Of a stretch of DNA of 64,000 bases, positions 1 to 8,715 are shown piece after piece. The notes below the pieces were generated by a model, which searched no databases, was not told where the DNA came from, and saw only the letters and a list, made by a program, of their open reading frames with translations. How positions within the stretch are numbered: position 1 is the first letter of the stretch; every line of letters starts with the position of its first letter. Position numbers and translations under genes: made by a program. The stretch is from an archaeon (GTDB lineage: Archaea; Nanobdellota; Nanobdellia; Pacearchaeales; JAPDKA01): the NCBI GenBank assembly GCA_029258825.1, contig JAPDKA010000008.1, positions 39,548 through 103,547 on the forward strand. Reading direction: 5' to 3'.

Positions 1-688
1 CTGCTTTTCTATTGAAAGGTGTAACTATAAAATATTCAGGCCAAATCTCTTTTATTATAGCTTCCTCATCCAATTGTTTCCACAAAGTGCTATTTGTTTT
101 TTTAGGACTAATTCCTTTTTTTTCGATTAACCATCCTTTTTCAGTTTTAAATACAATTTCATTTCTTGATTGTAGAAGTACTATACAATTATAGTTGTCA
201 TCCACTAAGATCATATCAGGAATCACAATCATATAATCAACATCCCTGTATTTTCCATTTAATGTGTTAAGTGTTAATGCGAATCCTTCAATATATTCGT
301 TTTCTTCATCGTAAAGAGTATCTATTATTCGGTTAAATCTTCTTTTTAATGTTAGGATCTTTTCTGGAAATATTTTTTTTACTTCAAAAATTACTTCCCT
401 ACCTTTTTCATACCTCCACCCATAAAATATTTTAGCTTCATCTTTTATGAGTTCTTCTAATATGCTTATACAGAATCCTGTTTCCAATTCTGCTAAATAC
501 CATTTTACAGCAGCTATTGGTAATTGTGATTTTTTGTAAATCTCGGTTATTACAATTGAACCTAGCAAACTTTCCAGGCCTTTTTCTAACCCATTCACAA
601 ATTTTCTAATTTTTTCTATTGCTTTTCTTTCTTTTTCTTTAAGTTTTTCTGGTGCTATTCTGTATGGCCAATATGCTTCCCTTTTCAT
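1..688 (-). CDS. hypothetical protein, C-terminus cut by the window edge (K/E/I-rich; possible winged-helix N-terminus)
   Basis: My own minus-strand translation from the ATG at 688-686 ([30 protein letters not shown]...) stays open to base 1. It is absent from the ORF track because no stop lies inside the window. No catalytic motif recognised. Confidence 0.45.
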   Translation of the reverse strand, partial: MKREAYWPYRIAPEKLKEKERKAIEKIRKFVNGLEKGLESLLGSIVITEIYKKSQLPIAAVKWYLAELETGFCISILEELIKDEAKIFYGWRYEKGREVIFEVKKIFPEKILTLKRRFNRIIDTLYDEENEYIEGFALTLNTLNGKYRDVDYMIVIPDMILVDDNYNCIVLLQSRNEIVFKTEKGWLIEKKGISPKKTNSTLWKQLDEEAIIKEIWPEYFIVTPFNRKA

Positions 689-795
689 TTTATATTTGTT
701 ACTACTTACTAATTTAAAAAACTTTTTGTGGTAGGGTTTACTATTTTTGATGTAGTTTAGTAACAATTTTAAATTCTCTTACTATTTATTCTTTT

Positions 796-1041
796 ATGAC
801 TGGTGAAGGCGAAGGTAAATATTTGCTAAAAGGCGCTAAAGTGTACATTCATGAAAAAGGTAAAAGCAATGCAAGAATAACTCATATTGATATAGAGCAT
901 CCTCTTATCAATGAAATTATAAAGCCGAATGAAGCAACATATGCAGCTGGTAAGCATGGCGGTTGCTTTATAGGTTTGAAAAAGCAAATGCTACAACGTG
1001 CAGAAAAATTGATTGAAAAATTAAAAAAGCAAACAAAATAA
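796..1041 (+). CDS. small hypothetical protein (81 aa)
   Basis: ORF-track ORF in an otherwise empty gap, with a TATA-like ttttaaatt about 25 nt upstream. No recognisable motif. Confidence 0.35.
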   Translation: MTGEGEGKYLLKGAKVYIHEKGKSNARITHIDIEHPLINEIIKPNEATYAAGKHGGCFIGLKKQMLQRAEKLIEKLKKQTK

Positions 1042-4008
1042 TTATTCTACGTCAAACACAATCTTTATTGTTTCATCTTTAACATTAAACTCAAAGCTAT
1101 GTTGTGTTGCCTCACCAGCTATTGCATTTACTTTTTTAAGTATAGCATCTACCAAATTGTATTTTTCCAGCATTGCTTTCAATTTTTCACTGAGTTGCAG
1201 GCTTAGCTTTATTGTTTGTTGTTTATTTAGCTTGGCTTTTTTTCTTGCTTCTTGTATATGTCTTACTATCTCTCTTGCGAAACCTTCTGCAATCAATTGC
1301 TCGTCTTGTTGTGTGTCTAGTGCTGTATCGTCAAGTTTTAGCTTAAAACTGTTTAGCTCTTGCTTGTCTACTTTTTTTATTTGCTTAACATTAACTTGTT
1401 TTGCAACAAGTTGTAATAGCTCGTCAGGCATTTCTAATGTCGTATAGGCTGCGGGAAGGGGCCATCTCACATTTATCTTTGCTTTTGCACGTAAGCTAAG
1501 TATTTTTTCAATCAAACTTAAGGCTAGTTGCATTTTTTCAAGTATTTCTGCATTATACTGTTTCATCTCTGGCCATTTATCAAGATGTGGTGAAATTTCA
1601 AAAGAAACATTGATGTTGTTGTTTTCTGCATATTGTTTTAATTTTACATAGCAATAATGGCTAACAAATGGACATACTGGCGCAAGCAAGATTGTTAATG
1701 TTTTTAAAATGTTAACAAGCAACATCGCTTTTTCATTTGCATTATCACGTATGAACTTGATATAATCTCTGCTTAAATCTAAAATCACAAAATCGTACAT
1801 AGCACGCATTGCTTTGTGCATCTCGAATTGCTCTATGTAGTTATTATAATCATTAATGAGCTTGTTTAATTTTTGTTCTATCCAAACATCAGCAACATTG
1901 CTTTGTTGTTTTTGTGTAGGCTTTAACATCAAAACAAAATTTAACAAGTTAAGCAATATATTGAAAAACTTAGCGATATCTTTTTTTGCAATATCAGGGT
2001 TAAAATTTTGCACACTGTAAGGTGGGCAATCATACATCATATAAAATCTTAATAAATCTGCACCAAGTTCGTTGATAGCGTCTTTGGCATAAACAACATT
2101 GCCCAGACTTTTACTCATCTTTTTCCCTTTTGCATCTAACACCCATCCTACCATGCTTACACATTTATAAGGGGCTTTATGGAATGTTGCGATACTTGAT
2201 GCCATCAAACTGTAGAACCAACCTCTAATTTGATCTTGACCTTCATTAATCCTATCCACCGGCCATATATCGTCAAAAATTATGTCATGATAAGGATAGC
2301 CTAAACTTGCCCAAGGTGCAATTCCTGAATCAAACCAAACATCAAAAATAGCTTTAACCGCATGCATGTCTTTGCCGCACTTGTCGCACTTAAGCGTAAT
2401 AGAATGTGCATTATGTAAATCAAAATCATCGCTTATGCTTGTGCCTGCTTTTGCTGCTTCTTCTCGCAGTTCAGCAAAACTGCCTATTACTTTTATTTCA
2501 CCACATTCACATTTCCATAGTGGAATAGGTATGCCCCAGTATCTTTGTCTGCTAATATTCCAGTCTTCAACATTTTCTAGCCAATTATCAAATCTTGTTT
2601 TGGCAAACTTTGGCAACCATAAAACTTTGTTGTTTTCCTCAAGCATTAACTTTCTGAATTTTGTTATATTCACAAATATTTCTTTACTTAGTTTAACAAT
2701 CAAAGGTGTTTTGCAACGCCAACAAACAGGATAGCTATGCTTGACTTTTGTTGCATGAAGCAATTTGTTTTGCTCATTAAGTTTTTCTAAGATTATTGCA
2801 TCAGCATCTTTAACAAACATGCCTAAAACAAAACCGGCTTTGTTATTAAATTTACATTCGTCATCAAGAGGAGAGATTGCAGGCAAGCCGTAGTGTTGGC
2901 TAACAGCATAGTCTGTTTTACCATGTCCTCCAGCACAATGCACTATGCCAGTACCTTCATCAAGTACAACGAAGTCTTCATAAATGTCTTGCTGTTTTAC
3001 TTGTTTTTTTGTTGCAGTTTTGCTTGCTACCCTTTCTTTTAGCAGTTTTATACTTGCTAATACTTTGTGTATGTTTGGTTTTTCTTGCTTTAATTGTTCA
3101 AGTTCAAGTTGCACAGGAACATCAAGTAGTGGTTCGTAGCTAAGTCCGACAAGGTTTTTACCTTTTGTTTTCTCGATTATTTCATAACCATAACCAATTT
3201 CGCTTAGCACATCTAGTCTTGATTCAGCAAGCCACACTTGTCTGCCATCAGACAGTTTGACTTTAACATAATCAGCATCATCACGCAAAATCAATGCTGT
3301 ATTGCTAATCAATGTCCACGGTGTTGTTGTCCATACAAGTAAGTACTCATCCTTATCTTTTATTTTAAACAATACAAAAATGCTAGGATCTTCTAACATT
3401 GCATAACTGTCAGTCACTTCATAACCTGCAAGGCTTGTTTGGCATCTTGGACAATAGTGTATGGGTTTTTCACTTTCATATATTAGACCTTGATTAAACC
3501 ACCTTTTGAATGTCCACCATGCAGATTCGAGATAGTAATTTTCATATGTTAAGTATGGCTTTTTTAAACAATAAACGCTGCCAAGTTGTTTATAAACATC
3601 CATCCATAGTTCCATGTTTAATGTAGCGTTGTTTTTGCATAACTTAAGAAAATTAGCTACACCATACTTGATTATGTCCTTTTTGTTTTTAAGCCCGAGC
3701 TTTTTTTCCATTGCATGCTCTATAGGTAGTCCATGCGTATCAAAACCAGGCTTAAAGAAAACATAGTAACCTTCAAGCATCTTTTTTCTAATTACTATAT
3801 CTTTAATGATAAAATTCTTTATATGTCCGACATGAGGTACATCGTTTGCATATGGCGGCCCGTCAAGAAAATAAAACTTATTTTTTTTGTTCAACAATTG
3901 TTTTTGTTTTGCTGCTTCTGCTGTTCTTTCTAAGAGTTTCTCATTTAATTTTTCAAATTCTTGCTGAACTTCTTGCTGAATTTGCTTGAGCTTCTCTACG
4001 ACATGCAT
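1042..4008 (-). CDS. ileS: isoleucyl-tRNA synthetase
   Basis: 988 aa class-I aaRS. It has the HIGH-type motif (PHVGHIKN), KMSKS (KKMSKSLGN), a CP1 editing-domain-sized insertion and zinc-knuckle cysteines (CPRC, CWRC). Confidence 0.95.
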   Translation of the reverse strand: MHVVEKLKQIQQEVQQEFEKLNEKLLERTAEAAKQKQLLNKKNKFYFLDGPPYANDVPHVGHIKNFIIKDIVIRKKMLEGYYVFFKPGFDTHGLPIEHAMEKKLGLKNKKDIIKYGVANFLKLCKNNATLNMELWMDVYKQLGSVYCLKKPYLTYENYYLESAWWTFKRWFNQGLIYESEKPIHYCPRCQTSLAGYEVTDSYAMLEDPSIFVLFKIKDKDEYLLVWTTTPWTLISNTALILRDDADYVKVKLSDGRQVWLAESRLDVLSEIGYGYEIIEKTKGKNLVGLSYEPLLDVPVQLELEQLKQEKPNIHKVLASIKLLKERVASKTATKKQVKQQDIYEDFVVLDEGTGIVHCAGGHGKTDYAVSQHYGLPAISPLDDECKFNNKAGFVLGMFVKDADAIILEKLNEQNKLLHATKVKHSYPVCWRCKTPLIVKLSKEIFVNITKFRKLMLEENNKVLWLPKFAKTRFDNWLENVEDWNISRQRYWGIPIPLWKCECGEIKVIGSFAELREEAAKAGTSISDDFDLHNAHSITLKCDKCGKDMHAVKAIFDVWFDSGIAPWASLGYPYHDIIFDDIWPVDRINEGQDQIRGWFYSLMASSIATFHKAPYKCVSMVGWVLDAKGKKMSKSLGNVVYAKDAINELGADLLRFYMMYDCPPYSVQNFNPDIAKKDIAKFFNILLNLLNFVLMLKPTQKQQSNVADVWIEQKLNKLINDYNNYIEQFEMHKAMRAMYDFVILDLSRDYIKFIRDNANEKAMLLVNILKTLTILLAPVCPFVSHYCYVKLKQYAENNNINVSFEISPHLDKWPEMKQYNAEILEKMQLALSLIEKILSLRAKAKINVRWPLPAAYTTLEMPDELLQLVAKQVNVKQIKKVDKQELNSFKLKLDDTALDTQQDEQLIAEGFAREIVRHIQEARKKAKLNKQQTIKLSLQLSEKLKAMLEKYNLVDAILKKVNAIAGEATQHSFEFNVKDETIKIVFDVE

Positions 4009-4048
4009 TTAAGGCTAAACAACTTTAGGTTTAAAAAATTTATCCAGA

Positions 4049-4552
4049 TTATGGGTCAGGAAGAATCACAACATAGTAACCCTCCTTAAGTATTTCTTGT
4101 TCAACCAAAGAATCTAAGCTTGCTGTTTTCATTCTAATGCAACCTTGACTTGTTCTTGTACCTAATGCTTGTTGTTGGTTGGTGCCATGAATTCCTATCC
4201 TGCCAATAAGTCTAACAAAATAATCCCCATATTTCAATATCTCATTATCGACTATGGCTATCCAATTAGAACAGTCTTCTATACTTTTAATCTTGAAAAT
4301 TCCTTCAGGTGTTCTATAATCAGCATATCTATGCTTTTGTCCTGGTTTTTTTCCTGTTGAAACTGCATACGTTTTTACTAGTTTGCCATTCACATTATAC
4401 AAAAAAGCTTTTTGTTGTGTTTTGCTTACAACAAGAACATATTCTTGTTTACTTTTTTGCTTTATTTCATTAATGTATTTTTGTGTTAATGCTTGTTCAT
4501 GCATTAGCTGAGCAAAAGTTGTTGAGAAAAACAAAAGCATTAATCTTATCAT
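4049..4552 (-). CDS. secreted L,D-transpeptidase (YkuD-domain) protein
   Basis: Hydrophobic N-terminal signal (MIRLMLLFFSTTFAQ). YkuD catalytic signature is present: IGIHGT ... SQGCIRM (His and Cys). Confidence 0.8.
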   Translation of the reverse strand: MIRLMLLFFSTTFAQLMHEQALTQKYINEIKQKSKQEYVLVVSKTQQKAFLYNVNGKLVKTYAVSTGKKPGQKHRYADYRTPEGIFKIKSIEDCSNWIAIVDNEILKYGDYFVRLIGRIGIHGTNQQQALGTRTSQGCIRMKTASLDSLVEQEILKEGYYVVILPDP

Positions 4553-4568
4553 TTTACTTTTTTGAAAA

Positions 4569-4622
4569 CCCTGGCAGGAGGAGTTGACGGAGCAAAAAAC
4601 TTGCCAACCCCTCCTGCTGGGG
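4569..4622. other. GC-rich extended hairpin of unknown function (possible small structured RNA or UTR element)
   Basis: A 13-bp stem pairs CCCTGGCAGGAGG (4569-4581) with CCTCCTGCTGGGG (4610-4622), with 2 G-U pairs. The 28-nt interior can pair further (GCAA/TTGC, GTTG/CAAC). It is a local GC island in an AT-rich spacer. Confidence 0.3.
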
Positions 4623-4836
4623 AAAAAGAGGTGATACTATTATATAGTAGTTAGGGTTTTTAAATCTTTCGATTGTGCCACTATTTCGAGAGAGTTACAC
4701 TTTCGCTTGATAAAGTATGTAATAAAAATGTGGTTTTTAAAATATCTTTTATTTTATACAAATATTTATAAAGTGTAAAATTTACACTATCTTATAGTAA
4801 TTGGAACACTAAGTAAGTAAAGCAAAACAATAGAAA

Positions 4837-5670
4837 ATGATAAGAAAAAATAGAAAGAGAAGTAAGTATTCATTTGCAAATATAAACTTTTTGGGTAAGT
4901 GTAATCTTGATTGTTTTTTCTGTCTTGGTAAGGATTTAGAAAAAGAGTTTTCAAAATACAATCAATTAAACACACCCCCATCAGAATTGCCAAATTTAGA
5001 CGAGTTTCTAAATTTATGTAAAGAATTAAATATTGAAAATATTTACATAACTGGTCAGAATACAGATTCTCTTCTATATAGGCATCTAGATGAACTAATA
5101 GACTATCTTCAGGAAAAGTGGAATTTTAAGGTTGGCCTAAGAACTAATGGGCTTTTAGCTAAAAGAAAAATTAATACTATAAATAAATGTAAAAAATCGA
5201 TTAGTTATACTCTCTTAACATTGGACCCAGAAATAATGGAAAAAATAACCGGTGTTGGAATAATTCCTGATTTTGATTATATTTTTAGAAATGTGAAAAT
5301 TCCACAGAGGGTTGCAACGGTTGTAACCACATATAATGTTGATGAGATTTTGGATCTAATTAAATTTGTATCTAAATACCCTCAAATAAGGTACTTTCAA
5401 GTTAGAAGAATCTCCACAGATACAAGATATGATGAAATGAAAGAACATATAGAAGCTTTTGAAAACTTTTATGAAAAAATTAAACAGAAATTCCCCCAAG
5501 TAGACGAATTTGAAAAATCCCCTATTTTAGATATTTATGGTGTGAGAACTTCATTCTGGAGAACTGTAGAAACCACTGTAAATTCTTTGAATTATTTTTC
5601 TAATGGTGTTATCTCTAAAGAGTATTTTATAATCGAAGGATACTTAAAATATAAAGAAAAATACTTATAA
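4837..5670 (+). CDS. radical SAM domain protein, specific function unknown
   Basis: Canonical CxxxCxxC cluster near the N-terminus (GKCNLDCFFCLG). Size fits a minimal radical-SAM core of about 277 aa. Confidence 0.8.
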   Translation: MIRKNRKRSKYSFANINFLGKCNLDCFFCLGKDLEKEFSKYNQLNTPPSELPNLDEFLNLCKELNIENIYITGQNTDSLLYRHLDELIDYLQEKWNFKVGLRTNGLLAKRKINTINKCKKSISYTLLTLDPEIMEKITGVGIIPDFDYIFRNVKIPQRVATVVTTYNVDEILDLIKFVSKYPQIRYFQVRRISTDTRYDEMKEHIEAFENFYEKIKQKFPQVDEFEKSPILDIYGVRTSFWRTVETTVNSLNYFSNGVISKEYFIIEGYLKYKEKYL

Positions 5671-5744
5671 AGTAACTAAAGGATTAAAAAATAAAAGCAA
5701 ATCAAACAGAAATTTTAAAAAAATATATAAGGTATAAATTATGT

Positions 5745-6410
5745 ATGTCCTTTGAAGATTATCCAAAACCAGCAGTAACTGTCGACATAGTTATATTTAC
5801 TATTAAAGATAATGACTTAAAAGTCTTACTTGTAAAAAGAGGAATTGAACCTTTTAAAGGAATGTGGGCTATTCCGGGAGGCTTTGTCAGAATTAATGAA
5901 TCTTTAGAAGATGCTGCAAGAAGAGAACTAAGAGAGGAGACCGGTGTTAAAGATGTTTACTTAGAACAACTTTATACTTTCGGTGATTTAGGTAGAGATC
6001 CAAGAGGGAGAGTAATTACAGTAGCATATTTTGCTTTGGTTAATTCCGAAAATCTCAAGCTCAAAGCTACAACAGATGTAAAAGAAGCTAAATGGTTCTC
6101 TGTGCGTAAGCTTCCTCCTCTCGCTTTTGATCATGAAAAAATTTTAAAATATGCATTAAAAAGGTTAAGATGGAAATTTGAATATACGACTGTAGCTTTT
6201 TCTCTTTTGCCAAAAAAATTTACTTTAAGTGAACTTCAAAGAATTTATGAAATAGTATTTAATAAAAAATTCGACAAAAGAAACTTTAGAAAGAAAATTC
6301 TTTCTTTGAATATTCTAAAAAAAGAAGGAAAAAAAAGAAACGTCTCTCATAGACCTCCTCAACTTTATTCGCTAAAGAAAAAAATAGGCGAAATTGTGGA
6401 GATATTATAG
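5745..6410 (+). CDS. Nudix hydrolase fused to a C-terminal winged-helix (NrtR-like architecture)
   Basis: Nudix box GGFVRINESLEDAARRELREETGV. The C-terminal part (FTLSELQRIYEIVFNKKFDKRNFRKKI) resembles the NrtR-type DNA-binding tail. Confidence 0.75.
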   Translation: MSFEDYPKPAVTVDIVIFTIKDNDLKVLLVKRGIEPFKGMWAIPGGFVRINESLEDAARRELREETGVKDVYLEQLYTFGDLGRDPRGRVITVAYFALVNSENLKLKATTDVKEAKWFSVRKLPPLAFDHEKILKYALKRLRWKFEYTTVAFSLLPKKFTLSELQRIYEIVFNKKFDKRNFRKKILSLNILKKEGKKRNVSHRPPQLYSLKKKIGEIVEIL

Positions 6411-6464
6411 GAACATAATACTTTACCTACTTTTTATTTGGATTTAATCTAAAAGATATAAGTG

Positions 6465-6677
6465 TTATTTTTCTTCTTTGATAAATTCTGTATAGTGGCA
6501 TCTGCCACAATAAAGTCTGTTCTTGTGCTTTGCTAAGAAAACACCAGGACCGCAACGAGGACAGAATTTTTTCACCCTTACAAGTTTATCTCCTTCAATC
6601 TTGTATGCAGTCCACCTTTTGCTAGAAGCAGGATTTTTTCTTTTTTTCTTTCCTTTTCTTTTAACTTGTTTCGGCAT
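6465..6677 (-). CDS. rps27ae: 30S ribosomal protein S27ae
   Basis: 70 aa and basic, with a zinc ribbon CPRCG...CGRCH. Sits in the conserved archaeal rpoE-spt4-rps24e-rps27ae gene order. Confidence 0.9.
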   Translation of the reverse strand: MPKQVKRKGKKKRKNPASSKRWTAYKIEGDKLVRVKKFCPRCGPGVFLAKHKNRLYCGRCHYTEFIKEEK

Positions 6678-6694
6678 TTTCGCTTTCTTTTTAT

Positions 6695-7081
6695 TTAGCT
6701 ATTTTGTTCTTGTTGTTGGTTTTCCTGTTTGCTTGCTGTTTTACTTTCTTTTTGGTTTTCTTCTTGTTTGGTTTGTTCTTTTGTTTCATCTTGCTTTGAT
6801 GTTTCTTGTTTCATTGCTTCTGCATCCTTCTTTTTTATGTGTTCATGTTTTTTTAGTGCTTCTTCACTGTTGTAGATAAATGCTTTAACAACAACATCGC
6901 TTGTACCGAAATGTTGCGTTATTTCACGTATTGCTATAAGCTTAGCATCTTTACTTAGATATTTAGCTATAGCTTCTCTTAGTTGCTGTCTTGACGGAGT
7001 TGGTTTTGCTTCTAGCATTATTTCTAGTTCTATCCTATCCAACAATGGATTTGGCCTTTGCTTTATATTTTTGAATTCCAT
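6695..7081 (-). CDS. rps24e: 30S ribosomal protein S24e with a K/E/Q-rich C-terminal extension
   Basis: N-terminal roughly 90 aa matches S24e ([13 protein letters not shown]..., [13 protein letters not shown]). Position in the conserved operon supports the call. Confidence 0.85.
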   Translation of the reverse strand: MEFKNIKQRPNPLLDRIELEIMLEAKPTPSRQQLREAIAKYLSKDAKLIAIREITQHFGTSDVVVKAFIYNSEEALKKHEHIKKKDAEAMKQETSKQDETKEQTKQEENQKESKTASKQENQQQEQNS

Positions 7082-7084
7082 TTG

Positions 7085-7264
7085 CTAGGCTTTTAATGCG
7101 TATTTACCTTCAACTTTTGCATTTATTTTTTTTGCTATTTCTGACTCTTCTGGATTTAATATGATGGCTATTCCTTTCCAACTTGTGGTTAATTCTTTAC
7201 CTTTACATATAGGACATTCGCTGCCTTTTACAAATATTTTACATTTTTTGCATACCTTGCGCAT
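7085..7264 (-). CDS. spt4: transcription elongation factor Spt4 / RNA polymerase subunit E''
   Basis: Not in the ORF track (59 aa). My translation is MRKVCKKCKIFVKGSECPICKGKELTTSWKGIAIILNPEESEIAKKINAKVEGKYALKA, giving a CxxC...CxxC zinc ribbon plus the SWKG motif. It lies between rpoE' and rps24e. Confidence 0.8.
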   Translation of the reverse strand: MRKVCKKCKIFVKGSECPICKGKELTTSWKGIAIILNPEESEIAKKINAKVEGKYALKA

Positions 7265-7271
7265 TTTTCAC

Positions 7272-7850
7272 TTATTTTTTCTTTTCTTTTTTTCCGCTTG
7301 CTACTTGTTGTTTTGCCTTTCTTTTTGCTTCAGCAATCCATTCGAGCTTGCCCAAACCAGCTTGACGCATCGTTAAGCCTATCTTAGGAGGTCTTGTTTT
7401 ATAACTTATCGCGACTATTCTTGCTAAACACAAATCGTTTGGTTTTAAACTTTTCTTACTGTTTCTGCCAAGCAGCACATTTGTCTTGCCGAATGTAACA
7501 TAATCATCCATTGTTTGGCTTATGTGTATAAGACCTTCAACAACCCCAAGGTTTACAAAAGCTCCAAAGCTTGTTATTTGGCTTATTATGCCATAAACAA
7601 TTTCATTAAGCTCTGGTTGAAATACTAGCAATTTGTATTGAGTATCATAATACACTGCAGCATCACCAGGGATGATAATGCCTTCGCCAACTTCATCAAC
7701 ACTAATTACTTTAACTACTGCTCCTAGCTCTTTATCAAAGTGTTCAGCATAAGTCTTTTCAAGTTGCTTTATTACTGCTTGCCTTACTGGCAATGCGAAC
7801 AATTCAGGTTCTACCCGCACATGATCCTTTATTGTTAATATGTAGAACAT
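7272..7850 (-). CDS. rpoE: DNA-directed RNA polymerase subunit E' (Rpo7)
   Basis: N-terminal Rpb7-like fold followed by an S1 domain (GIISQITSFGAFVNLGVVEGLIHISQ). Operon context supports the call. Confidence 0.9.
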   Translation of the reverse strand: MFYILTIKDHVRVEPELFALPVRQAVIKQLEKTYAEHFDKELGAVVKVISVDEVGEGIIIPGDAAVYYDTQYKLLVFQPELNEIVYGIISQITSFGAFVNLGVVEGLIHISQTMDDYVTFGKTNVLLGRNSKKSLKPNDLCLARIVAISYKTRPPKIGLTMRQAGLGKLEWIAEAKRKAKQQVASGKKEKKK

Positions 7851-7914
7851 GCTAACACTCTAAACTTGTACATTTTTAAAGCTTTTTGTTTTGGCTTTAC
7901 CTGTTTTGCGCTTC

Positions 7915-8715
7915 TCATCCAAAACAAATATGGCGGAAATTACAGCGTTGACATTTCTTTAATATTGACGGCAACGGCATATTATCTTTATACTGTAAAT
8001 CAAATATTTCGTCGCGAAGTTGCAGCACTTTTTGTTTTAATGTGTTGGTTATGGTTATTTGTTTTGTTTTATTGCTGTATTCTATAAAACCTGTATCAAC
8101 TTCTTGTTTATATTTGGCTTCTAGCAGCAATGCATAAGCTGTAACTTGCACTAGTTCAGAATCGTACACAACATCATTAAAAGCACGGGATTTCATTTCA
8201 TAAGGATAATATCTATTAGCGTCAATCTTTACCCTGTCTATTCTCCCTTTAAGTTTTAACTCATCGCTCGATATTTTTATCTCGCTAATGTATTTTGGTT
8301 TTAGCATTAACCATAGTTTTTGTTTTTCTATGCCTTGAAGCAGTAAACTTGAAATAGGTTGTAATCTTAATTTTATTTCACGCATAGCATATGCTAAAAA
8401 CTCGCTTAGCATTTCTCTCTTGTCAAGCTTGAAAGCACTTATTTTTTCGCTGTATCTTTCAAACAACTTGCTTGCTGTGCTTATAAAATGCTGCTTATAT
8501 GCTTCTATTATGTTTGCTATACTGTAATCGCATGTGATGGCAGAAACAACTTTATGCTCTGTTTTGCTAAATGCTTCCATGATCTTATGTTTTATTTCAC
8601 CCTTAACCATATGTTCATTTACAGGCTCTTTGATTTGCTTTACAAGTTTCAGCCAAAGTTTCCGCTTACAAAACACATATGTGCATAAATCAGTAACATC
8701 AAGCAGTTGTTTCAT
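7915..8715 (-). CDS. Cas4-like PD-(D/E)xK nuclease with a 4-Cys cluster (stand-alone)
   Basis: One N-terminal Cys (LCTYVFCKRKLW) plus C-terminal Cx2Cx5C (CQRCNFRHIC), the Cas4/DUF83 Fe-S arrangement. The central region (GRIDRV ... YEMK) fits a RecB-type nuclease core. Confidence 0.7.
   Translation of the reverse strand: MKQLLDVTDLCTYVFCKRKLWLKLVKQIKEPVNEHMVKGEIKHKIMEAFSKTEHKVVSAITCDYSIANIIEAYKQHFISTASKLFERYSEKISAFKLDKREMLSEFLAYAMREIKLRLQPISSLLLQGIEKQKLWLMLKPKYISEIKISSDELKLKGRIDRVKIDANRYYPYEMKSRAFNDVVYDSELVQVTAYALLLEAKYKQEVDTGFIEYSNKTKQITITNTLKQKVLQLRDEIFDLQYKDNMPLPSILKKCQRCNFRHICFG

Noticed and set aside
7915-8715. Cas4-like nuclease as a flag for a CRISPR-Cas locus.
   Set aside because: I found no repeat-spacer array and no cas1, cas2 or effector genes anywhere in the 64 kb. 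I treat it as a solitary Cas4-family nuclease.
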